Positions 30,758 through 42,341 are shown, counted from the first letter of the stretch. The stretch: DNA of 64,000 bases from an uncultured Chromatiaceae bacterium (GCA_964421045.1 CAYQVF010000009.1:4380-68379), one strand, 5' to 3'. The notes: a model not told the origin generated them from the letters alone. Numbers and translations: made by a program.

Positions 30758-32041
30758 TTATTCCGTTGATGCGACTCTTTGTTTATTATCGCCGCCTTCA
30801 TAAATCAGAATCGGAGCAGATTCTTCTTTAATGACCCCTTCATCGACAATGACTTTGCTCACATCATCCGCTGAAGGCAGCTCATACATGGTATCAAGAA
30901 GCACATGTTCAAGTATGGATCTTAAACCTCGCGCACCTGTTTTACGATCCATCGCTTTTTGTGCAACGGCCAGCAAAGCTTCTTTACGAAACTCTAACTC
31001 GGTCCCTTCCATTTCAAAGAGTTTTTTATACTGTTTAGTGATGGCATTTTTAGGCTCATTCAAAATTTGAACCAAGGCTTCCTCATCCAACTCATCCAAA
31101 ATGGCAACGACGGGCAATCGACCTACAAACTCTGGAATCAAACCATATTTGATCAGATCTTCGGGCTCTACGGTATGAAGAAACTCTTTTGTTAAATTGT
31201 CATCATTTTTATTTTTCACCAAAGCCGTAAAACCTATCCCTCCTTTTTCGGAGCGGTCGCGAATGATTTTATCCAGGCCCGCAAAAGCACCGCCACAGAT
31301 AAACAAAATATTTTCAGTGTTCACTTGTAAAAACTCTTGCTGTGGGTGTTTGCGTCCCCCTTGGGGCGGTACTGACGCAATCGTTCCTTCAATGAGCTTA
31401 AGCAAAGCTTGCTGTACACCTTCACCTGAGACATCACGGGTAATCGAGGGGTTATCCGCCTTTCTTGAAATTTTGTCTATTTCATCGATATAAACGATAC
31501 CGGTTTGTGCCTTCTCAACATCGTAGTCACATTTTTGCAATAATTTTTGAATGATGTTTTCGACATCTTCCCCAACATAGCCTGCCTCAGTCAGGGTCGT
31601 CGCATCAGCGATAGTAAATGGTACATTCAAAAGACGAGCCAAGGTTTCTGCTAACAGCGTTTTACCACACCCTGTCGGCCCAATCAGCAAAATATTACTT
31701 TTGGATAGCTCGACATCATCTTTTTTCAATCCCACATGCAAACGCTTATAGTGGTTATATACAGCAACAGATAAAACTTTTTTAGCCTTTTCCTGCCCAA
31801 CGACATATTCGTCTAAAATTTCATCTATTTCTTTTGGCGTAGCCAGCCTGGAGTCACCACTTGAAGCTGATTTTTCTTGCAACTCTTCGCGAATAATATC
31901 ATTACAAAGCTCCACACATTCGTCACAGACAAAAACAGACGGACCTGCAATTAATTTCCGAACCTCATGTTGGCTCTTTCCACAAAAGGAGCAATAAAGA
32001 AGTTTTTTACTCTCTTCACCCGAGTTTTTGTTATCACTCAT
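30758..32041 (-). CDS. clpX: ATP-dependent Clp protease ATP-binding subunit ClpX
   Basis: 427 aa with an N-terminal zinc-binding CSFCGK...CDEC motif. It also has Walker A GPTGCGKT and [10 protein letters not shown]. Confidence 0.97.
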   Translation of the reverse strand: MSDNKNSGEESKKLLYCSFCGKSQHEVRKLIAGPSVFVCDECVELCNDIIREELQEKSASSGDSRLATPKEIDEILDEYVVGQEKAKKVLSVAVYNHYKRLHVGLKKDDVELSKSNILLIGPTGCGKTLLAETLARLLNVPFTIADATTLTEAGYVGEDVENIIQKLLQKCDYDVEKAQTGIVYIDEIDKISRKADNPSITRDVSGEGVQQALLKLIEGTIASVPPQGGRKHPQQEFLQVNTENILFICGGAFAGLDKIIRDRSEKGGIGFTALVKNKNDDNLTKEFLHTVEPEDLIKYGLIPEFVGRLPVVAILDELDEEALVQILNEPKNAITKQYKKLFEMEGTELEFRKEALLAVAQKAMDRKTGARGLRSILEHVLLDTMYELPSADDVSKVIVDEGVIKEESAPILIYEGGDNKQRVASTE

Positions 32042-32119
32042 AGCTATACCCCTGTCTCAAACAAGCACACATTAATCCTTTAAACTCTAAACCCAGTGCG
32101 ATGACAATCAATATTGTTT

Positions 32120-32743
32120 CTATCTACTCTCAAGCACTTTATCAATTAAACCATACTCAACTGATTGCTCACCACTCAGAAAATTATCTCTATCCGTATC
32201 ATTTTGAATTGCCTCAAGAGACTGACCCGTATGACGAGCCATAATATTATTTAGCCTGTCCCTAACCAGTAGAATTTCCTTGGCATGAATATCAATATCT
32301 GACGCCTGACCTTGAAAACCACCTAAAGGTTGATGAATCATCATTCTGGAATGCGGCAAACAATAGCGTTTACCTTTAGCTCCACCCGTCAATAATAACG
32401 CGCCCATACTCGCCGCTTGACCAATACACATCGTACTGACTTCGGGTTTGATAAACTGCATGGTATCGTAAATGGCCAATCCAGCCGTGACCGAACCTCC
32501 AGGAGAATTGATATACAAATAAATATCTTTTTCTGGATTTTCAGACTCTAAGAATAACATCTGAGCGACAATCACGTTTGCTACATAATCTTCGACAGGC
32601 CCAACCAGAAATATAATTCTTTCTTTGAGCAAGCGAGAATAAATATCGTAGGCACGCTCCCCTCGAGCAGACTGCTCAACAACGACAGGAACCAAGTTAA
32701 GCCCCGTCATGGGGTGTAATCCATTACTTATTTTGCCGGACAT
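32120..32743 (-). CDS. clpP: ATP-dependent Clp protease proteolytic subunit ClpP
   Basis: 207 aa with the catalytic triad context ([11 protein letters not shown]; MIHQPLGG; D in RDNFL). Confidence 0.97.
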   Translation of the reverse strand: MSGKISNGLHPMTGLNLVPVVVEQSARGERAYDIYSRLLKERIIFLVGPVEDYVANVIVAQMLFLESENPEKDIYLYINSPGGSVTAGLAIYDTMQFIKPEVSTMCIGQAASMGALLLTGGAKGKRYCLPHSRMMIHQPLGGFQGQASDIDIHAKEILLVRDRLNNIMARHTGQSLEAIQNDTDRDNFLSGEQSVEYGLIDKVLESR

Positions 32744-32905
32744 TGATTGCTCCTGGTGATGGTTTGTAGTGTTATCGGCATAGTAGCACGTTAGATAACC
32801 CTAGATTATAAATCTATTTAATTTTTTAGCACGTTAAATAATGAGCATATCCAATCTATAGGGATAAGGTATAAACTACAATACCAAGAAGTGCAGAATT
32901 TTTGT

Positions 32906-32923
32906 TTGCAATGTACATTGCAA
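32906..32923. promoter_or_regulatory. Perfect 18-bp palindrome TTGCAATGTACATTGCAA in the tig-clpP intergenic region (~160 bp upstream of clpP)
   Basis: Seen directly; the sequence is its own reverse complement. No U-run follows on either strand, so it is more likely a dimeric regulator operator than a terminator. Confidence 0.4.
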
Positions 32924-33057
32924 CGTGGGGCGCATAGTGGACAATGTAACTCAATTTGCCGACACCAATGCAGACCAAGGCGCGCTATAGCTATAAAGGG
33001 GAGTAACTTGTAATGGAATATACGAATCAAAAGGGCATTTGAGTACATACATCACCC

Positions 33058-34362
33058 CTAAGCACCATCACCATATTTCATCAGTTCGCTTACCGCCACT
33101 TGTTGCTCTGATATTTTAGCTTTTTCAAGTATAAGTGCAATGGCCTGATCTTCTAGCAATAAGGCTTCCACATCACCCAAGCGACTACGGTCACCCAAAT
33201 ACCATTGAGTAATTTCTTCTGGATGTTCATAGTTTGCAGCAATTTTAGCAATAGCTTGATGTACCGCTTCAGGGGTAACAGCCAGTTTATTCACCCTAAC
33301 AAGATCACTAATGATTAATCCCAGCTTAACGCTACGCAATGCTGAATCAGAAAAAGTCGCATCTTCTAGGTTAATTAAATCTTTGCTGATACCACTCCCC
33401 ATCAATTGTTCTGTGGCCTTTTGCTTGCGCGCTACAATCTCATTTTCTACCATTTTTTTTGGCACATCCAGTGGGATAGACTGCAATAACATGTCCACGA
33501 CTTGTTCTTTGACCTTGTCTTTAACAGCTTGCTCCACTTCATGCCCAATATTTTCTTTGACTTGAGCACGCAACGAAACGAGATCATCAACAGCAAAACG
33601 CTTGGCAAAATCATCGTTTATTTCCGGCATCTGTGAGGCTTCAACATAATTTACCACAACATCAAACTGGCAAGTATTGCCCTTGAGTTTTTCAATACCA
33701 TAGTCTTCCGGAAAGGTGACATTAATAGTGAAACTCTCCCCTTTTGTTCGACCTATCAACTGAGTTTCAAAATCATCCACCAAAGCTTTGGAGCCAATCA
33801 CAACATTAAAGTCTTTAGCTTGCCCACCCTCAAAATTGTCACCATCAATACGCCCAACAAAATCGATATTCAGTCGATCTCCAGATGCTGACGCTCTATC
33901 CAATGCACTCCAGTCCGTTTGCTGTGTTCTCATTTTTTCCAAAACAATATCGATATCCGCATCACCAACGGTCGCAACAGGTTTATTTATAGGAAATTGC
34001 TCAGGAATCGTCAGTTTGATTTCGGGATACACTTCAAATATAGCCGTGTATTGAAAGTTTTCTCCGGGCGCACTGTCTTTGATTTCAATGCTAGGCTGTC
34101 CAGCCAAACGCAGGTTTTTTTGCACAATCGCATCACTGAAACTCGTTTGCAGTAGATCTCGACTTACTTCATCTCTGATTTCAGTACCGTATTTACGTTT
34201 TATCACACTGAAAGGTACTTTCCCCGGCCTGAATCCATCAAGGCGAATTTTTTTGCTCAGCTTCTTTAAACGTGCCTTAACCTGCTCGTCGATATCGTCA
34301 CCCGGCAAGGTGACGATCATACGGCGCTCTAGCCCTTCCGTATGTTCTATAGATACATCCAT
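33058..34362 (-). CDS. tig: Trigger factor
   Basis: 434 aa with a ribosome-binding N-domain (GFRPGKVP signature) and a PPIase middle domain. It is adjacent to clpP. Confidence 0.95.
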   Translation of the reverse strand: MDVSIEHTEGLERRMIVTLPGDDIDEQVKARLKKLSKKIRLDGFRPGKVPFSVIKRKYGTEIRDEVSRDLLQTSFSDAIVQKNLRLAGQPSIEIKDSAPGENFQYTAIFEVYPEIKLTIPEQFPINKPVATVGDADIDIVLEKMRTQQTDWSALDRASASGDRLNIDFVGRIDGDNFEGGQAKDFNVVIGSKALVDDFETQLIGRTKGESFTINVTFPEDYGIEKLKGNTCQFDVVVNYVEASQMPEINDDFAKRFAVDDLVSLRAQVKENIGHEVEQAVKDKVKEQVVDMLLQSIPLDVPKKMVENEIVARKQKATEQLMGSGISKDLINLEDATFSDSALRSVKLGLIISDLVRVNKLAVTPEAVHQAIAKIAANYEHPEEITQWYLGDRSRLGDVEALLLEDQAIALILEKAKISEQQVAVSELMKYGDGA

Positions 34363-34444
34363 CTAATTTCTCTGCCTCTTTAAGCTTATATTGAACCCAA
34401 CAAAAACAACCCAAGGAAATTTGACATAGTTTGAGGTAATGAAA

Positions 34445-34529
<85 letters not shown>

Positions 34530-34586
34530 AAATATTATTATTAGCAGCTATTTTAAGATGATTTCTGTTAATCACCTTATTCAATT

Positions 34587-34663
34587 TGGGGTGGATGATG
34601 GGGCTTGAACCCACGACCACCGGAATCACAATCCGGGGCTCTACCAACTGAGCTACACCCACC
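34587..34663 (-). tRNA. tRNA-His (GTG)
   Basis: Reverse complement GGTGGGTGTAGCTCAGTTGGTAGAGCCCCGGATTGTGATTCCGGTGGTCGTGGGTTCAAGCCCCATCATCCACCCC, with the extra 5' G characteristic of tRNA-His. The anticodon is GTG. The exact 3' end is uncertain. Confidence 0.85.
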
Positions 34664-34750
34664 ATATTTTTCGCGTAACCGTCCAGCGTCATTCCAACCG
34701 CTGAATCGTTGCTTCCTTACTACTGGCCTGACAAGCCCTTTTAATAAAAA

Positions 34751-34827
34751 TGGCGCGCCTGGCAGGATTCGAACCTGCTACCCTCGGCTTAGAAGGCCGA
34801 TGCTCTATCCTGATGAGCTACAGGCGC
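34751..34827 (-). tRNA. tRNA-Arg (TCT)
   Basis: Reverse complement GCGCCTGTAGCTCATCAGGATAGAGCATCGGCCTTCTAAGCCGAGGGTAGCAGGTTCGAATCCTGCCAGGCGCGCCA. The anticodon is TCT. Confidence 0.88.
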
Positions 34828-34912
34828 AAGTCACCCTGCGTACCTACCAAAAATAACGTGGCATAGACCTTCACAGCTTTTGGTATAAAGACTGCTCTGT
34901 CTGCCAATTTCT

Positions 34913-34989
34913 TGGTCGGGGTAGAGGGATTCGAACCCCCGACATCCTGCTCCCAAAGCAGGCGCGCTACCAGACTGCGCTATACCCCG
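34913..34989 (-). tRNA. tRNA-Pro (TGG)
   Basis: Reverse complement CGGGGTATAGCGCAGTCTGGTAGCGCGCCTGCTTTGGGAGCAGGATGTCGGGGGTTCGAATCCCTCTACCCCGACCA. The anticodon is TGG. Confidence 0.88.
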
Positions 34990-35037
34990 GTCATGCCTTA
35001 CAAGAAGGCGGAATGATACGCGCCAAGAGCAGAACCG

Positions 35038-36126
35038 TCAAGAAATAAGAGGCGTTACAGATTGAACACCTTGATTTTGAGCTCGATGGCGCAACATATG
35101 ATCCATTAAGACTAAGGCCAACATCGCTTCCGCGATAGGGGTGGCGCGAATACCGACACAAGGATCATGTCGCCCTTTGGTGACCACCTCTACCACCTCA
35201 CCTTTTTTATTAATAGAACGCCCAGGTAACAAGATACTCGATGTCGGCTTCATCGCAATGCTAGCGACGATATTTTGTCCGGTAGAAATACCACCGAGCA
35301 CCCCCCCTGCATTATTACTCAAAAACCCCTCTGGCGTTAACTCATCACGGTGCTCTGCACCCGACTGCTCTATCGAAGCAAAACCCGCTCCAATCTCTAC
35401 CCCTTTTACCGCATTGATACTCATTAAGGCATGAGCTATGTCAGCATCCAGACGATCAAAAACGGGTTCCCCCAAACCGGGAGGCATCCCCGTGGCAACC
35501 ACATTCACTCTGGCACCAATGGAGTTCCCCGCCTTGCGTATTTTTGTTATGTAGCTTTCCAAAGCCTGTATTTTTTCCGGATCCGGAAAAAAAAATGGGT
35601 TTTTCTCAATGGCGAACCAGTCTAGTTTTTCAGCTTTAATTTCACCTATTTGCTGCACATAACCCCGAATAGTAATGCCATATTCTGCGTCAAGATATTT
35701 TTTTGCGATACCCGCTGCGGCAACCCGCATCGCGGTTTCACGAGCAGAAGATCGCCCTCCTCCGCGATAATCCCGCACTCCATATTTTTGCTGATAGGTA
35801 TAATCTGCATGTCCAGGGCGAAATTGTTCTGCAATATCAGAATAGTCCTTGGACCGCTGGTCTTCATTCCGAATCAGCAAACCAATCGGCGTCCCCATGG
35901 TTTTTCCTTCAAACACACCGGACAGTATTTCAACCTGGTCGGACTCTTTACGCTGCGTGGTATAACGCGAGGCTCCAGGTTTGCGACGATCAAGATCCCG
36001 CTGTAAATCAGCGGCTGTTAATGGCAAACCGGGCGGGCAACCATCCACCACCGCCCCTAACGCTGCGCCATGGCTCTCTCCAAAGGTGCTAACTGTAAAT
36101 AATTTACCAAAAGAATTACCTGACAT
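35038..36126 (-). CDS. aroC: Chorismate synthase
   Basis: 362 aa with an N-terminus [20 protein letters not shown] and [15 protein letters not shown]. The length and motifs are typical of AroC. Confidence 0.92.
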   Translation of the reverse strand: MSGNSFGKLFTVSTFGESHGAALGAVVDGCPPGLPLTAADLQRDLDRRKPGASRYTTQRKESDQVEILSGVFEGKTMGTPIGLLIRNEDQRSKDYSDIAEQFRPGHADYTYQQKYGVRDYRGGGRSSARETAMRVAAAGIAKKYLDAEYGITIRGYVQQIGEIKAEKLDWFAIEKNPFFFPDPEKIQALESYITKIRKAGNSIGARVNVVATGMPPGLGEPVFDRLDADIAHALMSINAVKGVEIGAGFASIEQSGAEHRDELTPEGFLSNNAGGVLGGISTGQNIVASIAMKPTSSILLPGRSINKKGEVVEVVTKGRHDPCVGIRATPIAEAMLALVLMDHMLRHRAQNQGVQSVTPLIS

Positions 36127-36155
36127 ATCTATAATCTCGTTTTTTTTACTTCGCG

Positions 36156-37544
36156 CTAAATAACCTTGGAAAAACGCTGATTTTTGCGATTCCGCAAATA
36201 ACGATCAAATACCATACAAACATTTCTAATTAACAAATGCCCTCGAGGTGGAATCGTCATCACGGTCGCAGAAATTTCCACTAAACCATCGCTCATCATT
36301 ATTTGTAAATCAGTGAGTTCCTGAGCAAAATAATCATCGAATTTAATATCATATTTTTTTTCAATCAACGGAATATCCAGATGAAAATGACAGATGAGTC
36401 GGGTAATCACATCACAGCGTAACAAATCATCATCATTGAGCTCAATACCGCGAAATACGGGCAATGCAGATTGATCTATACGCTCATAATATGAGTCTAT
36501 TTCACGTACATTTTGTGCGTAAGTCTGACCCACCATGCTGATGGCTGTCGGCCCCATACCAATCAAATCACATTCGGCATGCGTAGAATAACCTTGAAAA
36601 TTACGATACAGTGTATGCTCACGCTGAGCGATGGCCAGCTCATCATCGGGTTTAGCGAAATGATCCATGCCAATATAAAGATAACCTGCAGCACTGAGAC
36701 GATCGATAGTTAACTGCAAAATTTCAAGCTTTTCAGCCGGAGAGGGCAGCTCTTCAGCCTTGATTTGCCGCTGTGTTTTAAACAAATCAGGAAGATGGGC
36801 ATAGTTGAATATCGACAATCTATCCGGATTAACGTCGATTATTTTATCCAGGGTTTCACTAAATGATGCTGTCGTTTGCAATGGCAAACCATAAATCAAG
36901 TCCAGGTTAACGGACTTAAAATTTAAACTCTTCGCTTCTTCTAAAACAGCCAGCGTTTCTTTTTCAGACTGAATCCGGTTGACCGCTTTTTGCACCGCTG
37001 GGTTAAAATCCTGCACTCCCATACTAATTCTATTGAACCCCAGGTCGCGCAATAATTTAATAGTGCCTGCACGTACTTCTCTGGGATCAAGTTCAATCGA
37101 ATATTCGCCAGTATCGTCCTCTCTCAACGTAAAATGACGTCGAGTTTCGTCCATCAAGGCGCGCATCTGGTCATTACTTAAAAAGGTTGGGGTGCCCCCG
37201 CCCCAATGTAACTGATCAACTGTCCGCGAACGATCAAATAATGCAGCTTGTTGAGCCATTTCAACAAACAAATGTTCCAAATAAGCTTCGGTACGTTGAC
37301 GATTTTTGGTAACAATCTTGTTACAACCGCAATAAAAACAAACTGTATCGCAAAAAGGAATATGAAAATATAACGATAAAGGGCGTAATTTTGCTTCTTT
37401 ATTGGTTGCCACTGCTGCCGCCGCATAAGCTTCTGAGCCAAAATCTTCCGTAAACTGTACGGCTGTTGGATAAGAAGTATAACGAGGCCCTGCCTTGTCA
37501 TAACGCTTGATTAAGTCTACGTCAAAGATTAAAGATTGATCCAT
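36156..37544 (-). CDS. hemN: Oxygen-independent coproporphyrinogen III oxidase (radical SAM, HemN)
   Basis: The likely start is the Met at 37544 ([28 protein letters not shown]). It has a CxxxCxxC motif ([11 protein letters not shown]) and HemN length (~462 aa). Confidence 0.85.
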   Translation of the reverse strand: MDQSLIFDVDLIKRYDKAGPRYTSYPTAVQFTEDFGSEAYAAAAVATNKEAKLRPLSLYFHIPFCDTVCFYCGCNKIVTKNRQRTEAYLEHLFVEMAQQAALFDRSRTVDQLHWGGGTPTFLSNDQMRALMDETRRHFTLREDDTGEYSIELDPREVRAGTIKLLRDLGFNRISMGVQDFNPAVQKAVNRIQSEKETLAVLEEAKSLNFKSVNLDLIYGLPLQTTASFSETLDKIIDVNPDRLSIFNYAHLPDLFKTQRQIKAEELPSPAEKLEILQLTIDRLSAAGYLYIGMDHFAKPDDELAIAQREHTLYRNFQGYSTHAECDLIGMGPTAISMVGQTYAQNVREIDSYYERIDQSALPVFRGIELNDDDLLRCDVITRLICHFHLDIPLIEKKYDIKFDDYFAQELTDLQIMMSDGLVEISATVMTIPPRGHLLIRNVCMVFDRYLRNRKNQRFSKVI

Positions 37545-37651
37545 AAAGTTGTCGCCCACAAATGCCGACCCGTATTATACGTCAATTCCACATTTTTTAC
37601 GCCGACAACAATAGCGCACCATTATTTTCGCCAGCACCTACATTTTTCAAG

Positions 37652-38497
37652 TTATTTGACAAATTTCAGCAACATGCGATCGCTCTCACCAATGGTGAGA
37701 TATTTTTTCTGATTTTTTTCGCCGAGACGCAAAGTCGGTGGCAGCGTCCAGACGCCTTTGGAATGGTTTTTACTGTCCTCAGGGTTGGCCAGTAACTCTG
37801 ACTTTTCCACCAGTTTAAAGCCTGCTTTTTCTACCAGTGCGATGGTATAGGCTTCATTCACATACCCTGATTTTGCTTCGGTGTCTTGTTCAATGTCAGG
37901 GTTGCCACGATGCTCAACTAAACCCAGTGTGCCGCCAGGCTTGAGTGCGGTATACATCGCCCCAAGTACTGCATCGCTGTTATTTGCCGACATCCAATTA
38001 TGGACGTTGCGAAAGGTGAGCACCAAATCAACCGAGCCAGGGGGCGCAATTGTGATTTTTGTTGGCGGTGCCAGCTCAGTGACAATGACTTTATTATAGA
38101 CAGCTGGATTCGCAGCAAGCTTTTCATTGAATGCTTTAGCGTTACGCCGAAAATATTCTATTTCTGAGCCGGCATCAAAACCCGCCGCATAGAAAGTACC
38201 TTTTTCTCTCAGATAGGGCGCCAGAATTTCGCTATACCAACCCCCACCGGGCGTAATTTCAACCACCGTCATATCCTCTTTTAATCCCAGCCAGGTCAGT
38301 GTTTCTAACGGCTTACGATAGGGATCGCGTGCGCTATTTTTTGCACTGCGGTGATCGCCATTGATGGCCTGCAACAACTTGGTATCGCCACCCGGGTTCA
38401 AATCATCCGCTACAGCCAATATAGAAAAAGATGCCAGCAATGCAAAATAAAGTGTAGTCAAAAGACAAGCTCGATAACGTAATGGAAAAAAATGCAT
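37652..38497 (-). CDS. Secreted SAM-dependent methyltransferase (class I MTase fold)
   Basis: 281 aa with a signal peptide and a motif I-like segment (VVEITPGGGWYSEIL). The acidic/aromatic patterning is typical of small periplasmic predicted methyltransferases. Confidence 0.55.
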   Translation of the reverse strand: MHFFPLRYRACLLTTLYFALLASFSILAVADDLNPGGDTKLLQAINGDHRSAKNSARDPYRKPLETLTWLGLKEDMTVVEITPGGGWYSEILAPYLREKGTFYAAGFDAGSEIEYFRRNAKAFNEKLAANPAVYNKVIVTELAPPTKITIAPPGSVDLVLTFRNVHNWMSANNSDAVLGAMYTALKPGGTLGLVEHRGNPDIEQDTEAKSGYVNEAYTIALVEKAGFKLVEKSELLANPEDSKNHSKGVWTLPPTLRLGEKNQKKYLTIGESDRMLLKFVK

Positions 38498-39019
38498 AGC
38501 TATTCCTTTTATAACTGTAATTTGAATGACAATGGTAGGCTATTTCTATCAAAGAATATACCCTAGAAAACTTCCAGCAGTGCCCACCCCCAACCTACGT
38601 CCAGGTCTAATTGAACAAAAAAATACAGGTAACGTGCTTTTTGAGAAGCTAATCTACAGAGTCATCACGAAAAGGTATAAGGTCTCTACCAACCAAACGG
38701 CTAGGTATAATGACACAAGTTCAGGCGTGCTCAACCTAGAAAACGCAGTTGGACGCAAATCTGTACCCCAAAGGCACTTCTTTCAGAGCGTATAGCGCAA
38801 AATATTGATTCGAATAACGTAGCGGGAAAAGTCATGCTCACCTTAACGATAATGAAACTTTTCCCCGAATAGGGTAGGCAGATCAAGAACTTGTGCTATA
38901 CATCGTGGATCAACAGCGTTTTTTAGGTTCAATAACTCTCGACGCAATAACACAAAAAAGGGCCATTAAGAACGACCCCTTGATTTACAACCTCCAGCCT
39001 AAGCAAAAATGCTCTAATC

Positions 39020-39424
39020 TTAATCCAACTGAACCATCAGTATTTTGAAGTTGTTATCCTGCGTCCCAGAAATCTGACGATACAAGGTCACCGGCAAACG
39101 GTTTACATAAGCTACGCGTAAAGTATTGGCTATTTCCTGATTAGCAATACTTTCGCTCTTTTTATCTTTGCCCAAAGCCAAGGTATAAACTATGCCCGGC
39201 TTAGAATCGAGAGAAACCATCACCTCGGCATGTGTTTTATTTTTACCCTTGCCAAAATTCATCCCTTCCACCTGCACACGATACAGGTTGATCTTACCCG
39301 ACACTTCAACCGAATGGCGATCTGGAGAACTGATGTCTGCCGGGCTATCAGCCTGAGCAAAGCCACTAGCGAACAGACCTAAAACAACCATTGAAACCAA
39401 CATAGTATGCGAATAAATTTTCAT
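39020..39424 (-). CDS. Small secreted protein of unknown function
   Basis: The ORF extends to 39526, but the likely start is the Met at 39424 (MKIYSHTMLVSMVVLGLFASGFAQA signal peptide). The mature protein is about 110 aa and beta-rich, and I recognise no motif. Confidence 0.5.
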   Translation of the reverse strand: MKIYSHTMLVSMVVLGLFASGFAQADSPADISSPDRHSVEVSGKINLYRVQVEGMNFGKGKNKTHAEVMVSLDSKPGIVYTLALGKDKKSESIANQEIANTLRVAYVNRLPVTLYRQISGTQDNNFKILMVQLD

Positions 39425-39862
39425 GATAAATCCTTCCATAGAGTCAATAAAATTAAAGTTTAAAACATTATTAATGCAAGCCTTTAAACGACATTTTTGA
39501 ATCAACGTCAAACACCTTGACGACAAAACAAATTCGAACTAATAACCGTTTGTGCTTTGCATGTAGAAGATCATAATGATTCATCCTTAAATCAAACTGA
39601 AAAAATAAACCTGAAAGAAAATAAACCTTAGCGTTTTAAAAAAACATGTGATGTGAAGTGATCTAATATACCCATGGTATTAGCGTGTGCAAACATGCAA
39701 ATAGAAACTAAATTTGTGCACCACTTGCATAAGTTATTTAATTTTGATTCCCTATATTCGGTTTTTACGATTAAAAAAATGCAGGCCTGGCTGGTTAAGC
39801 CGAGACTATTTCAGATAAAAGCAGTGAAGTGGTTCTGGATCACAATTTATGTAGTTATAGGG

Positions 39863-40813
39863 TTAACTACCACAACTATCACTAGAACCCGAAACTTTCC
39901 CATCTTGCTGTTCAATCCAGACCACCATATCCTTCCATACTTCATAGGCCTGTAAATCCCTGAGAAGCAAATGGTAGCCCTGCGGATAAAAATGAACCTC
40001 AAGCGATTTATGAAGACGAGCAATTAAACGACAAACCGAATGTAGTGGAATCACTTCATCTTTTTGTCCGTATAATATTAAAACTCGACGTGATAACTGA
40101 GGTGCCACGGTAAAAGCTTCGTCCATGAGCTGCACTAAACCATACAAAGAATCAAATCTGCTCTCACGAATAAGCTGTTCATCTTTACTCATTTTTCTCA
40201 ATAAGGAAATATTGTCACTGACTTGAATACCTAAACTCTCGCCCGTTACCGTATACCAAGGAACAGTATGTGATGCCAACCAAAGAATAAGCCGGTAAGC
40301 CCGGTTCATCGTCTCGCCCCCCCAAATGGCTGGAGCATTTAAAATACTGCCTGCAACGTTTAAGTCTGGAAACCGAACCAGAGTTGAAACAACCACGGCA
40401 GCACCCATGCTGTCTCCTAATAAATAGATTGGTGTATTAGGATGTTGCTTTTCAATGATAGAGATGAAGTGATACAAATCCATTTGCAAGCGATTCTTGC
40501 CAGGCCAAAGCCCTCGATGCAGCGTTGCCCCAAACCCTCTTTGGTCGTAACTATAAAAAGCAAACCCCTGTTTAGCCAAAAAAGAACCCGGCAGAACAAA
40601 TGCGTTACGATAATCGTTAAAACCATGAACACCAATAATCACGGCACGGATGTGTTGTTGGGGTAACCACACCGCAACTGGCATCGTTATGCCATCTTGA
40701 GCAATAAACAACTCTCCTATCAAAACAGGAGATTGATTAACCGGCAAGGAAGGATGAATAACAGGAGCACAGCTAGATAGAATAAAAACAAAACCGACAA
40801 GCCATCTATACAT
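39863..40813 (-). CDS. Alpha/beta-hydrolase lipoprotein (lysophospholipase/monoacylglycerol-lipase-like, Hydrolase_4 type)
   Basis: 316 aa with a lipobox (FILSSC) and HG oxyanion motif (GVHGFNDY). The nucleophile elbow is GDSMGA, and a His lies near the C-terminus (GYHLL). Confidence 0.65.
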   Translation of the reverse strand: MYRWLVGFVFILSSCAPVIHPSLPVNQSPVLIGELFIAQDGITMPVAVWLPQQHIRAVIIGVHGFNDYRNAFVLPGSFLAKQGFAFYSYDQRGFGATLHRGLWPGKNRLQMDLYHFISIIEKQHPNTPIYLLGDSMGAAVVVSTLVRFPDLNVAGSILNAPAIWGGETMNRAYRLILWLASHTVPWYTVTGESLGIQVSDNISLLRKMSKDEQLIRESRFDSLYGLVQLMDEAFTVAPQLSRRVLILYGQKDEVIPLHSVCRLIARLHKSLEVHFYPQGYHLLLRDLQAYEVWKDMVVWIEQQDGKVSGSSDSCGS

Positions 40814-40833
40814 TAGGCCGTCCCTTACATCTT

Positions 40834-41412
40834 TTATCCAGGCAATAAATTTTCTTCTAGCTGACGGGACATCTCTCCGGTGATACTCGCATTATCACTG
40901 GCAATTTCAGCATAAAGTCGATGTACCAGCGTTGAATAGTCCTGTGGATCTATCTCTCCACCTTGACCTTTTTTCGAAAGTGAAACCAGATAAGGAATAT
41001 CCAGACCTTTAATAGCCAACGTTTCTAACACCGGCCCATATCGCCACAATTTGCCTTCTCCCGCTTCAAGATCGGCAACATATTTCGCCATTGTCATTCT
41101 AACAGGATATTCAAACCGGGAATCTGCAACTAACCAAACGACAGAACCAATAACACTGGCTGGAATCATCAAAATCCAAACTGTTTTAGCAAAAGTGCTA
41201 TCGGGTACAACACCATTAGACCAACCAAAAAAAGCAACGCCAAAACCCAGCATATAAACAGCACTGGCAGCAATCAAACCAAACAGTTTGGATTTTCCCT
41301 TACCAGGCCGAATTAAACTTTTATATTCTAATCGTGAGAAATCAAAATCAGTCTCTAACTGTTTAACGATGACTTTTTTTATATGCCGACGACTCTTTGC
41401 TTTGCCAGCCAT
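40834..41412 (-). CDS. Two-TM inner-membrane protein of unknown function
   Basis: 192 aa with a basic N-terminus. It has two hydrophobic helices (LFGLIAASAVYMLGFGVAFFGW; TVWILMIPASVIGSVVWLVA) and a soluble C-terminal domain. Confidence 0.5.
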   Translation of the reverse strand: MAGKAKSRRHIKKVIVKQLETDFDFSRLEYKSLIRPGKGKSKLFGLIAASAVYMLGFGVAFFGWSNGVVPDSTFAKTVWILMIPASVIGSVVWLVADSRFEYPVRMTMAKYVADLEAGEGKLWRYGPVLETLAIKGLDIPYLVSLSKKGQGGEIDPQDYSTLVHRLYAEIASDNASITGEMSRQLEENLLPG

Positions 41413-41442
41413 TCAGTGACTCCATTTCATACTTTTGTAAGC

Positions 41443-41898
41443 TTAACCACAACGCATCGGTTTTTGCCGTTCAATGAGATTAGCTGCTGCTTTCACTTCC
41501 CGGGAAGATAACTCTTTTAATAAGGCATTACGTTCAGCGGCTGCCAAGGGTACGGATTGATCCGCAGCCAAACGATACCATGCATAGGCTAGAATCAGAT
41601 CTTGCCTGTGGCTTTCACCGTAGTGTGTCGCCATGCGTAAACCATAAAAACGACCCACTTCATATTGGGCGGGACCATAGCCCTGCTCCGCAGACTTGCA
41701 AAACCACTGCAATGCAATAGGGGTATCATGCCCGGCACCAAAACCACAACAATATTCCAAACCTAATTGATATTGCGCCTTTGGGTCACCTTGTTCTGCA
41801 CGCACAATGAGCTGGTCAACCTTATCACGGGTTGGTGACTTGAAACTGCAACTGCTTACTACCAAGCTCATCAACCCAAATAAAACCAGCCACCTCAT
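41443..41898 (-). CDS. Sel1-repeat (TPR-like) lipoprotein
   Basis: 151 aa with a lipobox (VVSSC). It has Sel1-type repeats (AEQGDPKAQYQLGLEYCCGFG...ALQWFCKSAEQGYGPAQYEVGRFY). Confidence 0.65.
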   Translation of the reverse strand: MRWLVLFGLMSLVVSSCSFKSPTRDKVDQLIVRAEQGDPKAQYQLGLEYCCGFGAGHDTPIALQWFCKSAEQGYGPAQYEVGRFYGLRMATHYGESHRQDLILAYAWYRLAADQSVPLAAAERNALLKELSSREVKAAANLIERQKPMRCG

Positions 41899-42305
41899 AG
41901 ACTCTCGCCCACGCTATATGGAAATTCAAATATTTTTTCACCTCGCCTGCATTTCACTTTAAACTCCAACACCCAAGCCCCCACCCCATCAAATACTGCG
42001 GTTCTTCCGTGGTATACACCAGCAGGACTACGCTCTTCCATTCTTCGCCATTCTGCTAAAGTATCTCTGGGACTATTTTTATTATATTGTTGAAATTTAA
42101 TATCACACGCAGAAATTCCTCTCCGTTCTTTTCTCAGTGTCGCATATATTTTTGCTGTTTCCCCGACAACAAGAGGGTGTGGATCATTCGTAATAGAAAT
42201 AAAATACTCGGGGGTTTCTTGAGTTTGAGTAAACTGGCCTAAATCACAAGCAAACAAACTCATGGTCAGCAGCAATATTATTATTTTTCTCATCACTTGC
42301 CTCAT
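41895..42305 (-). CDS. Lipoprotein of unknown function
   Basis: 136 aa with a lipobox (SLFAC). It overlaps the Sel1 gene start by 4 nt. Confidence 0.5.
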   Translation of the reverse strand: MRQVMRKIIILLLTMSLFACDLGQFTQTQETPEYFISITNDPHPLVVGETAKIYATLRKERRGISACDIKFQQYNKNSPRDTLAEWRRMEERSPAGVYHGRTAVFDGVGAWVLEFKVKCRRGEKIFEFPYSVGESL

Positions 42306-42341
42306 AGCTAAGAATTTTATTGATTCAACTCAGTATGCCTC

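Noticed and set aside
32818-32850. TTAGCACGT resembling the left half of a CIRCE (HrcA) element upstream of clpP
   Set aside because: No matching GAGTGCTAA right half occurs at the 9-nt spacing, and a single half-site is not meaningful.
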